64,000 nt of DNA, from the NCBI GenBank assembly GCA_964016885.1, contig OZ024741.1:206832001-206896000 (forward strand), read 5' to 3'. This document shows, in pieces, positions 1-11,899 of this stretch; the first letter of the stretch is position 1, and every line of letters starts with the position of its first letter. The position numbers and the translations under genes are program-made. The stretch comes from Eledone cirrhosa (Eukaryota). The notes below the pieces were generated by a model. It was not told the origin of the DNA, made no database searches, and worked only from the letters and a program-made list of their open reading frames with translations.

Positions 1-177
1 CTTGAGGTCCTCGACTGTGTTGACAGTGGTACAAATGGGACTGAGTGACAATTCGCCATCTCCACCGAGGGTGATCTTGCCATCGCCAAGTGACAAAATA
101 TCCGAACCAAACTCTGCTGCCAGTTAGTCGCCGTGCAGTTGGGCTCTCATGTTAGTTGTCAGGGTCAACGTTGTTAC

Positions 178-3100
178 CTATTGCCACAACGGAGAGGACT
201 TGAGGCACGCCCGGACTTCATCTGCCCTGGTTCCCTTTGGAATAACGGGAAGGGTCTGTCGGAAGGCGCCGGATAGGAGAAGGGTGACACCTCCAATCGC
301 AGTCTGGCCGTCTCTGGTGTCTTGCAAAGTAGTGTCGATTGCTTCCAGAGCTCGTTTATGGGCTATGGTACATTCATCCCACACTATGAGCTGGCACCTT
401 CGGAGAACCAGTCCCTTGTCCGAAGGTTTGATAATGTTTCAGGACGGTGTTTCGGATGTCACCAAGTTCAGGGGGAGCTTAAAGGCTGAGTGCGCTGTCC
501 TACCGCCGGGTAACAAAGTTGCAGCAATACCAGAGGATACCACGGCTAACGCGATGTCCTTGTGCTGCCTCACTTTGGCTAGAAAAAGCTTAGTTAGAAA
601 CGTTTTTCCTGTCCCTCCAGGTGTTTCTAGGAAGAAGATTCCTTCTTTCCGGTTTCGCACATGGTCGAAAATAGTGTTATAGGCCCACTGCTGTCACGGA
701 AGGAGTTTTGGCTCTGTTTCATGGACGTATTGGGCAAGAACGTCAATATCATAGGCTGTTTCGCGAATGAGCTCTGTCGGAAGGTTATCCATCCATGTCC
801 GTACTGGTTGTGGCAGCCCGTACGTTGGCAAAGTATTCACACCCAGTGAACCAGTCCTGTTTTCCACGTCAATAAAAGCACAGTTGTAGACGTCGTCACT
901 GGCAGCATCAAGGCTAGGATACCGCAATTGTGCTTGGTTGTAAAGTCTTCCACCAGGGCATCTCTATACTTCAACCACAGAAAGACGGGATCTAAGACTT
1001 CGCAAATATGCAGAAGCACTGCAAAGAGAGCCCTGAGACTTTTCGGCGACTGTGAAACGGCAGCCTCCGCGTGCGTAGCATCCCCTTGTGCGCAGTCTTC
1101 TAACAGTCCATGTCCTAAGCAGGCCGCTCTAAAAGTAGCGCAAAGCCGACCGTTGACTGTTTTCAAATGTTGGTAAGATGTTGGTCCCCTAACCTCATGA
1201 CGTAGCAGACGAAGGTAGAAATACTCTTGTTGGCTTGGATGAACTGTGTAAACTCTCCCGAGGCAACTGTCAAATTTAATGGCAGGGTATCCATCAACGT
1301 TTTGACCCTTCTTCCTCCGTTTTCATTTCTTTTTTTCCCAGATGTAATAGGACGGCATCTGTGGATACAGCAAGGTTTAGGCGAATGGATCGACTTGACA
1401 AAGGTTAAAGAAGGCAGTGAGGGTAGTGTACTTCGGTTCCTCGACGAATCGAGCAGCAGTGGAAGTAGTTAAGTATACGGGTTGACCGTTTTCAAGGTGA
1501 ACAGTAAGATGTTGGATGGGTGGGTGCCTTTGATGCAAGCGGAAACCGAAAATGCGCCAGAAGGCCTCGTTACTGCTTATGTACCTACCCACTTGGTAGT
1601 GTGTAACTTCGTCCCGATTGCCGTCTTGCTGCAGGCCAAACAGAGCAGCCTCTGAGCCCTTATTGATGTACTTCCAGACATATTTGATGGACTTCACGGA
1701 GTTGCAAAACTCTACGTTGACGTTTGCGTTGAACGCCTTGGACAGAATAGGGCAGTACGGCACTATCCACCTGTTGTCTACTGCGTATGGCCCAATGTGC
1801 ACTGTAAACCCGCCATCTTCCGGCTTTCTTCGTCTGTACAGTGGGTATCCGTCTTTGCCGGTCTGGGTCTCTCGAAGAAAGTGCTTCTGAAATTTGTTGG
1901 TGCAAACCGAATCTCTCAAGCATGGTGAGTGTAGGTTAAATCCACGCCAGCATGGACCATGAACGATGTTTTCCCGCACTATGTCAAAGAGGTCTTTGTC
2001 AACAAAGGGGTTGAGGAGTTCTGCAGAGATAAGCCTGTCAATGTTGATGGAGTTAATCTTTGCTGACATCCAAATAAAAATACCGGCATGTGGCAGACCC
2101 CTTTTTTGCCACTCAACTGTGTACATGTCGCATTTTACAAGCCCAAACACCTGCCCTTTCTTGATAAGGTCCATGAGTTTCCGTAACTTCAGTCGACCGT
2201 AGTGGCGCACATGTATCATGGCATCTTGCGTCCTCTCATGCATATACCGTGGAAACCCGCTGAAGGTGGAAGGCAAAATGCACCTTAAGCCACCCGGAGC
2301 AATGTCATTGTTGATACCATCTCGAAGGTGAATGTAACTCTCTGAACGCAGCTTTTGTTGGTTGTACCTGATGTAGCGCAGCCTCTCAGACTCCACCTTG
2401 GCGCACACGTCGACTGCAAATTGTTGGAATAGCTCGCGTAAACTGTGGAGATGATTCAGGCAGTTGCTTCGGGTCATGAAGCAGTATGCGTAGAACTCCA
2501 TGCAGGAAACTTGTTTGCTGCTAAACTCGTCTGGTCTGTGGGGATTACGCTGGTGAATGCCCAAATGGTAACCATCTTCTCCATTCACGAAGAGCAAGGG
2601 GTATTGTAGCGCGTCGTAGGATCTGTGGGTTTCGCTGATTCGCTTAAGAGTGTTGTCGCGATACATGAGAACGATGTCCCTTGGATTTTGCTGCTCACCT
2701 TCAAGCACAATGGAGATTTCGTTGCATGTAGGCGGATTATAGCAGCTAGCATGCTCTCCAGATGGCCGTTTGTCAGCATTAATGACAACATTAAAATTGG
2801 GGATTGATGCTATTTCTAACGCATACTTAAAATTCTGCACATAACTGTTTTTTGCATGTAACATCTCTTGGAGCTGCAATGTCAGCTCGAAATTAATGCC
2901 GGGTGATATAGTGTTTCGTCTTCTCGCTAGCTCTTGGTAGCTGCCAACGAAGTACAATTGAAGAAACTGAGGCTCTATGGTAAACCTGCCTCTGGACTTT
3001 AAACGTAGACATAAACCCACCTTCCCTAACGACATTCACCCAGAAAGAAGTAATTTTAAAGGCATAGTTGTACATTTCTGGTATTACTTAGGAAATGCTT

Positions 3101-3959
3101 TTGATTGTGGGGTTGTGCCTGTAAGAAGCAACAGCAATGGCTGGGGAAGATCCCTTAGAGTGGGTAATTTGACCTTTCCAGTTGCGCAACACATGCCGGC
3201 TGCTTCTCCTTGCCACTTATTCGCAGAGTAAAATTTGCAAGTATCTCGCATACTGGTAATTGACATGTCTGGATGGTTAGCATACTCGCTGTCGGGCCTA
3301 TATTCAAGTGCTTCTAGTAGCCATCTTGAACTGCATGGCCTTGAAACACCCTGCCGAGTATTTCTACGCTGGGCGATACTCTCCAGGCGATCCCGTCGGG
3401 CGTCGGAGGTCTCAGCAGCTCGGGCGGCAGCAGTTGTTGCAGCATCTCCTGCCTGACGCAAGGCACGCTGTTCTGCACTCTCAGCAGTACGGGTGGCAGC
3501 AGTTGACGCCGCATTTTCTGTTTGACGTAGGGCACGCTGTTCTGCACTTTCAGCAGCTCGGGTGTCAGCAGTTGATGCAACCTTTTTTGTTAGACGTAGG
3601 GCACGCTGTTCTTCACTCTCAGCAGCTCGAGTCGCAGCAGTTGATGCAGCATTTTTTCTAATACGCAGGTAACGCTGTTCTGCAATCTCAGCAGCTCGGG
3701 CATCGCCTTTTAATGCAGCATTTTGTGCTTTTCGCAGGACACACTGGTCGTCATTCTGAGCAGATCGGACGTCGGTTTCTGATAAATTATTTGTTGCCGG
3801 TCTAAGGTCACGCTGTCCGTCACGCTCAGCAGTTCGAACAGTGGGTGTTGATGCATCGTTTTGCAATGGGCTAATAACAACTTCATTTGCTCTCCTCCTT
3901 TGCAGTCTTTTTGAAAAAGGCATTTTTCTTCCGAAGCAAACTCTCTTCTTTGGGGGCAT
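178..3959 (-). pseudogene. Helitron Rep/PIF1-helicase, frameshifted (ORF pieces 3084-3959, 1377-3035, 837-1166, 694-927, 439-660, 178-384)
   Basis: Rep motifs EWQKRGLPHAG (HUH degenerate) and KYVWKYINKG; Helitron-typical YDALQYPLLF and VDNRWIVPY; helicase Walker A PGGTGKTFL, SSGIAATLLPGGRTAHS, WDEC, SGAFRQTLPV. Confidence 0.93.
3400..3740 (-). repeat. 69-bp coding tandem repeat (23-aa units) at the RepHel N-terminus
   Basis: gcacgctgtt recurs at 3463, 3532, 3601 and, degenerate, at 3670; unit AAESAEQRALRQTENAASTAATR. Confidence 0.85.
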
Positions 3960-5513
3960 AGCCTAGGATATATTAAACAACAACGTATAACTTGTGGAAG
4001 CAGAAAACCAGGTGCAAGGAGGGGCTACTAAGTTTAAGAATCTGTTCATGCTTAGGTTAGTTGGCGTAGAAGAGGTTAATAGTGTTCAGTCTAAAACTCA
4101 CTTGGGTAATAGGTAAGTTGTGACTGATTGTCGAACAACCATAAGTGTATGCATCATTCCTTAACCCTATGCCCTTCTTCCGTGCCTCAACAACTACAAT
4201 TGTCGACTTAACTTAAGCCAATTTGCTTTAACACTATCTCGCCCCTCTGCACTGTATTGTCTGTACCAAGATAGATAGAAATTACCGCTTAACGACAGTG
4301 TATGTGATTTTTAACATAGATGTGGGGATGTGTTTTGGCGGGGTCTTTCTAAAAACATCCATTATTTCTATCTATGTACGTAATGGGGCACATAGCTTGG
4401 TACTAACACCAATAATAATGTATGCAACGGGGGTAAGTGATTATGTCTGAGGAAGTATTGCAAAAAAATATTAAAGCAACTGGGGTAAGTGGGAATGTCT
4501 CAGGATTGTTAGCCAAAAATATTAGTAAATGACACTTACTGATTGAAAAATAAGCCGACCGTCGGAAAGGTATTCTCAAGTGCAATTGTTAACCTGGGCT
4601 GGCTTGGCTCGCTTATATTATATATTTAAAAAACAGATTAAAGGTTAAGCAAATAATCGCTGCTTTCACCATTAACGGGATCTTCTGAAACTCTAAAAAT
4701 CAATCTGTGAACGCAGAAGTAAATCTAAACTATATAATAAAGTAAGAAGCGCAGGACTGCGTTCGGTTTATAATTTGTTATCCCATTACTAAAATAAGTT
4801 GGATTACTTTGAATAAATAATGAATTAATATTACATAATTTATGTACTAAATTTCGTGGCTGTTCATTAAATATATTTTATTATTTATTTAAAGATTCAC
4901 TTCTTTAAAATTTTCAAATGTCAACACTTCCGGTGGCGATCGCTTAAATAAACATATTAATTTTCTGTCACTAATTTTCTCCTAATGCAGTTTATATATA
5001 ATATCGTCTTTTTTTAATGTGTCATGGATTACGTTACTGATTACATAAGACAGTGTAACACAGTCTTCATTCAATTTCTGTGTATATTGTCAATTACGAT
5101 TTTATTTGACGTATATATACTTGCGTATAATATCAAGATACACACTACACATGCTAGCAGAGAACCACGCGGAAGGTGTTTTTTCTGCTACTATTTCTAA
5201 AAACGTTGCAACCGAAGGAAAACAGGCAGACAATACTTTGGTTCGTGAATACGTTGCCTGGCAATGAACAGAAAATAGCGAACATAATACGTCATCAATG
5301 TTTGTCATAATGCCGTAATACAGACAGTCAGACATACAGACATATTATAAGGGCGCGACGGAGATCACCGGCGCCTAACACCCCTTTAACAACAGAGAAT
5401 TGAAAAATAAAAGCTGCAGTTAATATCTTTAGACTGCAAGGAATATATAAATGCAAATTTGAAGTCAATCGGAGTAGAAATGTAGATTTGTATAGACCTT
5501 GCAAAAATGAGGA

Positions 5514-5527
5514 CACACACACATACA

Positions 5528-5592
<65 letters not shown>

Positions 5593-5594
5593 AC

Positions 5595-5631
<37 letters not shown>
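5514..5631. repeat. (CA)n + (CAA)n microsatellite within the Helitron 5' end
   Basis: Directly visible. Confidence 0.95.
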
Positions 5632-5632
<1 letters not shown>

Positions 5633-6189
5633 TTTTTATATATATAGATAACAATTGTAGCTACTCACCTTCGCTATTATTACTGAATGTTTATTTTTTA
5701 GCTTCAGAAACATAATTTATTATTATAATTTACATTTATAACTACATTCATCTTTAATTTACTTATAAATTGAGTTTATCTCCCCTTTGGTTTAGCTCAA
5801 TTACTGTTTGTCGAACTTTGCCTCAACTATATATTTTCTTACTTTTAAATTGCAGTCAGATTACGATTGTGTTTATATATTCTTTCTGGTTCTAAGATGA
5901 GTTTTTACAACCTCTCCCTTTTTATTTCTTTTAATCATCCTCCAACGAAGGTTGTTTTAAAAATAGCTATATCTAATTCTCAATAACCATCAGTCATGCG
6001 AGGAAAAATTTCTGACAGACTGATTAAGAAGTTACTCAACAGTATATAAAAGGTATGAACTACATATAGTGCGAAATGAGCCACTGAATATACAACATCA
6101 ACCCTCCACACACTCTACATACTAAAAAGAAAACAGACAATATAGACACGGAGAATCTATAAGCTAGAGAGGACTTATGAGTACATGAA

Positions 6190-6458
6190 AACTCGTCTGG
6201 TGCTGCTGTCATGTTAAAATGCACCCATTACATTCTGAAAGTGCTGAAGCCAAGATAAGTTATACTCTGTGCATAATGTAATGTGATAGTACTGGTTCTT
6301 CGATAAAATGCATCCACTGCACTCTGTAAAGTCATCGATGTTAGGAATGGCATACGACCGTAGAAAGCAAGAGGTAGTTAGCTATCTAGGTTGGTCGCGG
6401 ATAGTGACGACCGGTTCAACCGATTCAAGCAAGGGATACACGATGTAAAATGATGATC
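6190..6458 (+). mobile_element. Degraded SINE 3' part with RTE-like (ATG)n tail
   Basis: cactctgtaaagtcatcgatgttaggaatggcat...gatgtaaaatgatgatc; a similar tail lies at 27855-27912. Confidence 0.45.
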
Positions 6459-6677
6459 ATATATATATATATATTAATATAGTTAATACGAAGCATTGTG
6501 AGATATGTAATAAAAGACGGATAAGTTTTAAAAAGCAGGTACAATGCGGTAGAAAAATACAAAGGGCAAATGATAGCAAACAAAACAAAGTAGCATTTTA
6601 CTTAGTGTGTTTCAATATATTTCATGCCATTGTTCAAATCTGGAGCTGAAACACTTCAAAACAAAACGCACGATCGA

Positions 6678-6828
<151 letters not shown>

Positions 6829-7849
6829 CTATGTGTATGGAGCGAGAGACTCCCAGTCTTCATTAAGACATCTCTCTAGAAGGTCACTTTGATATAAAAC
6901 CTGCGACTTCGTTTACATTCAATGATGTAAACCAGTTCTTCTTTTGGAGAGAATGCATTCGCTGCTCAGAGAGTGGGATGGCCCCTGTGCAAAGCCTTTT
7001 CTCACTTAAAAAAGCTTTAAGCACAGACATCGCTTGATATGTGACATTTTTTGCGATGCATGTCGCTGCTGGGCATAGGCAAGTCCCTAGCTGGACTAAA
7101 AAGCCACGTCCCTGTTGCAGCCAACATGTATGTGTGTATGTATGTATATGCACGTATATATTTATATATATATATACAAATATTTACATGCATATACATA
7201 GTATATGTATTATTGTATATGTATTATTAAAACCCAGTAATCTGAACAAGACTATTGAATCAAACATCCACTGCAGATTTATGCAATCACGTCGCACTTC
7301 ATTAGAATGACATAATTGAAAAGTGAATATATTTTTTAAAATTACTGAAGCTTTATCAATTATTAGATAGACATAGATACAATTAGAATGGTTGATCAAA
7401 GCTGTTTTGGTTCAAAAATGATCTAAGACTAAACAAAGACAATTGGTGCTAAGGTCATTACCAACGAAATGATGAATTACATTCAGAAACTAAATTGTTG
7501 AATTAATGCCCATTCCATTTACACCAATTTTATCATCCACAATAAAGACAATTGCTAACAGCAGTGCAATAAATCTCAAATGAATGATGCCAAATTTATT
7601 TGCAACAATTTAGTTATGCGCTCATCCAGTGCATATAAACAGAAAGAGATCATCCTTAACTTATTCAAATAAATGGAAGTTAATTATTTCACTGCGTCAG
7701 TACTCATTGCCACTTACCTAAACAAAGTTACTTTTATATATAAGACTAAATTCATCTTGCTAGTAATGTTTAGAGAAGCCAGTAGTGTCAGCGAAACATC
7801 AACGTAAACTGTCGCTATGAATAACAAATATATTTTAGACAGTATAGAA

Positions 7850-8384
7850 ATCCTTCAATCAGTGCAGCTTTTATGTTTATACTTACATATGCGATATTCT
7901 TCTGTTTTATGCGTTTTTCTTGCACGACCTACTGCAGAATAATGTGAAATATACGTCCTGCACAATGGAATATAACTCGCATCAACGTGATTATGAAGCG
8001 AACCTTTAACTGTACAACTTTCTCGACTCACATTTCTATCTAATAGAAACAGACGTGATGACACAATGAAGACATTGAATTACACATATCTGAATACGTA
8101 AAGGATATCTTTGTGTTCATATTTACTGGATGACCGTAAAACTGAACTGATGCAAGAAAGTGTGGGATAATACATTTGGGGTTTATTGCATTACCGTAAG
8201 AAATTATCTCTATTGTCAATATTGTTAATGTTAAAATTGGTGTAAATAGATTGGTCATAAAAGAGACAATGACAAATTTCATTACCCAATGTAATTCTTC
8301 ATTAAGGTGACTATTCAAATTAAACCACACAATTTGATGATGGGAATTTTTCCTGACTGAAGATAATGTCCTCGTTGTTGACAC
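7850..8384 (-). pseudogene. Highly decayed Penelope-like linker/endonuclease remnant
   Basis: IVWFN and NTKISFTYSDM resemble the PLE IIWFNPPF / IKLSYSCM linker also seen at 28221-28898 (MIWYNAPFS, IKFSYS). Confidence 0.35.
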
Positions 8385-8635
8385 TTTAGCCTTGAGTATT
8401 GTTGTTTAGCCCTATGTCAGTCCTGATTCAGCTTACTTATGATCAAAATATTCCAACTACGTCCATGTCCATCTAATAATTTATTTGGGTTCTTCCAAAT
8501 GTTCAAAATTATATCCACATCTGAAATAAATCATATTGTTGGTGTGCATTACGATTGCATAATTCTGTGTCGGAGGACAGGTTCTGTATATTACTACTAA
8601 TTTTATTTATTAGGTTTTTGTATAGTTGTGGTTGA

Positions 8636-10076
8636 ATGTTGACTGTAGTTATTTACTCGGCCAAGTCGGAGGTGGACAATGTCAGCCTCGATGCTGCGAG
8701 CTGTGCAGCCTCCGTCTTGGACGTGCGGTCCATTCCCCGCCAGGTTCAGGTGACCCCCAAAGAGGATGTCCTCATCCTCGGGTCACCGATCCACCCGGCG
8801 GCCATCCGCTCCAACATCAGGTCCAGGCTTCAACAGCTCCAGACTCTCACGAGCCGACTGGGCTTGATTGACGGCCACCCAGCTCTCTTTCTGCTGAGAA
8901 ACTGCTTTGCCATGCCGAAGCTCCTCTATACACTCTGTAGCGCTCAATGCTACACCCAGGCATCTCTCCTCGCTGACCTCGATACTTGTATCCGAGCAGC
9001 AGCTGAGGGGATATGCAACGTCAAGTTTGATGACATAGGGTGGCAACAGGCCACTTTACCTGTCAGGTATGGCGGCCTTGGCCTCCGGTCCCCGATCTCA
9101 CTAGCTTTGCCGGCGTATCTTTCGTCGGTAACCTCGTGCCGCGTCGTCGTCAGCAGGGTTCTTCACAACACAACAGAACTCTCTGTGTTCAGAGAACATG
9201 AGGCCGCATGTGAGACGTGGGACCAGCTGGGACTTAGCCCAGTAGACGTCCCTCCTCCTTCACCCCCTGTTGACGTCAAGTCCCTCAACGCACTTGGGAT
9301 GCCATCCAATGCAGCCTGGCCTCATACAGGCTCACGCGCCAGCTCGACCAGCACCGTCTTGTTTGTTTCGTGCGGCCTCCAAACCCCACAGTGGTGCCTG
9401 GCTCCATGCCCTGCCCTCCTTCTCCACTGGCACGTAGCTAGACAACCAGAGCCTGCGAATCAGCGTTTCCTTGAGGCTTGGCCTCCGGATCTTCCAGCCA
9501 CACCAATGTCGCTATGGTTCCACCGTGGACTCTTTCGGCCTCAACCCGCTTTTCTGTCGCCACAGTGCCGGCCGCATTCCACGCCATGCTGCCTTCAACG
9601 AGGTCATTACGGATGGCTTGGACACTGCAGGCTCCCCTTCCCTGCTCGAGCCGATGGGGATGGATCGAGGGGACGGCAAAAGGCCAGATGGCATGACCAT
9701 CTTCCCGTTCCGTGGTGGCAAACCCCTCCTCTGGGATGCCACTTGCACCGACACTTTCTGCAGCCGCAACCTGGTGAAGTCTGCGACTGACCTAGGTTCT
9801 GCTGCACGTCGGGCTGTGGGGGCCAAACTCCTCAAATACCGGTCGCTCTCCGACAGGTTTGCAGTTGTACCCCTGGCAGTGGAAACGTCTGGTGTCCTGG
9901 GCCCCAGGGCTACCTCCTTACTCACCACCATAGGCGCTGAGCTGGCCATCCGCAGGTGTGAGCCCCGCGAGTTGGAGTGGCTTTTTCAGCGCGTCTCCCT
10001 TGCCGTCCTCCAAGGAAACTCCTTCTCCATTCTGTCCGCCGGGGTTGTGGGTGGGCCCCATCGCGTACCGTTGTAG
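8636..10076 (+). mobile_element. CRE-clade-like non-LTR retrotransposon, 5'-truncated (RT thumb, Zn knuckle, REL endonuclease), frameshifted
   Basis: LLRNCFAMPKLLY, WQQATLPVRYGGLGLRS, CRHSAGRIPRHAAFN, GKRPDGMTIFPFRGGKPLLWDATCTDT (RPD...D REL motif); GC-rich relative to flanks. Confidence 0.85.
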
Positions 10077-11516
10077 TTGTTGTATACAGATATATTACGT
10101 TGTAGTAGAAGCTGATATATATATATATATGTATATGTACTTATTTACATAAACTATATTTTCAGTTGCATTTCCAAAAGGTTAATGTTTGCGTGTAGAT
10201 ACTTATTGTTTGATATATAAAACAATTAACTATTCTTCAGGTTCTGCTCCTTATTCGAGATCAACGTTGATTAAGAAAACACGATCAAAAGCATTGACCG
10301 TATTTTACTAGAACGTTCCCTATTTAGACCGTCATACGTCTCCTATGTACCCATCCCAACGAGGATCTTCTAGCGGCATCTATGACTAAATTATCTGAGA
10401 TAAATGCATTCCTCCGATTGAGTTTTATTTGAGTCATATTTGTCTGCTATTTCGAGAAGGTAAAGTAACCTCATACATGCTAGCTCTGATAGTATTACTG
10501 AAAAGTAATACTATTGTACACAGCCAGGTATCACCCAATCCTACATACACACCACCACACATACGCACACCTGTCCTTAATAAGAGCAATAGTTACAGTA
10601 GACTTAACAAGTCACCCAGATTAACATCACTACCAGCCCTTTGGATAACTTTAGTGAGATCGCGCCATATCTCTTATCAGAAGATACTTTCGTTCCTTCC
10701 ACATTTTAAATCTCGAAGCTCTGAGAACGGTTACGGGCGCTCTCCTTTCTCTCTGACAAAGCTATTAAAACACAGAGCTACACTTTTTAGTTACAGAAGG
10801 GAGATAACATCCACCAAACGCTGGATTCTTCAATCTTCACAGATGTTGAGCTAATAAGACACTCCAGAGGATCTTCTGCTGACTTTCTGCTACCAATGTC
10901 TGCGATCATCATTACCAGTTTCCTCGGGTTCTAGATTTTAGCATAGTTTACAATAATGTGGATATCGTTTATTAGAGCACTAAGATAAAGTAGGAAACAC
11001 CTGCTTCTCCTTCATCTCATCACTCATATTTGTCTCAAAATTACAAACTCCGAAATGACCCCTTTCACAACGTCCTTTTTCCGCATAAGTCAACCTTGTG
11101 ACAATGTCCGCTCTCAATAATCAATCGTTTGAGTAAGATACTTAATATATTGCCCTATTTAACATCACCACCTGGCTATTGAGTGCCTTAAGCGAAGCCC
11201 AGTCTATTGAAAACATTGAAGTCATGTCTCTAGTCTGATGATAATGACTTTCTTTCCTCATGCCGCTCGGAAGGTCCTGAAAATATTAATAAGGACCGTC
11301 AGCTTTCGTGATTATACAATTATAATAAAAACATGTCATCATTTTCTGCATGACTGTGGCGTACAGATGTAGCCTCTGAAATGAACTATATCGATATCAC
11401 CAAGATCGGAGGGACTGAGAAAGTCATAAATACAACCCGTTCTGCCGATTAAATAATGAAAAGACAAGATAAAGCGCTCTTTCCCTTGTGTGGTAGACAA
11501 CCGCTTAACACCACCA

Positions 11517-11541
11517 TCTTCTTCTTCTTCTTCTTCTTCTT

Positions 11542-11571
<30 letters not shown>
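11517..11571. repeat. (CTT)n microsatellite
   Basis: Directly visible. Confidence 0.95.
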
Positions 11572-11572
<1 letters not shown>

Positions 11573-11899
11573 GTCATGTGCTGTCCTTAATGTATTGATC
11601 CATTTCTTATTCCTGCCATCAATCACCCCTTTGAATTCTTTACATACTATACCAGATTATTTTCCTCCGACTTCACACACATTTCACAGCTAATGAGACC
11701 TCTTCCTCCCCTCTGCGTGATAGATTTAACCTGTCCACGTCACTTTTGTGGTGCTGAGCCACTTATTGTGTCATTTTTTTCTGTTTTTGTTTTCTATCAA
11801 TCTCCTTAAGTTCATCACATCTCCAGTATCTTATTCCTACGACGTAACTTCGTTTTTAACAGCAACTTCAGTCTCCGTTTATATTCCTTTGATAATAGT

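Larger units (their letters stand above)
1..5648 (-). mobile_element. Helitron (autonomous type, decayed); continues beyond the left window edge
   Basis: Minus-strand 5' end reads A|TCTATATATATAAAAATG at 5648. RepHel coding fragments at 3959-178 lie downstream. Confidence 0.88.

Noticed and set aside
149-682. Plus-strand ORFs overlapping the Helitron, and antisense ORFs over the LINEs
   Set aside because: They are shadow frames of GC-richer transposon coding sequence.
10150-11510. Host exon or gene (also 50200-51830)
   Set aside because: No recognisable protein motif or supported splice structure; probably old decayed repeats.
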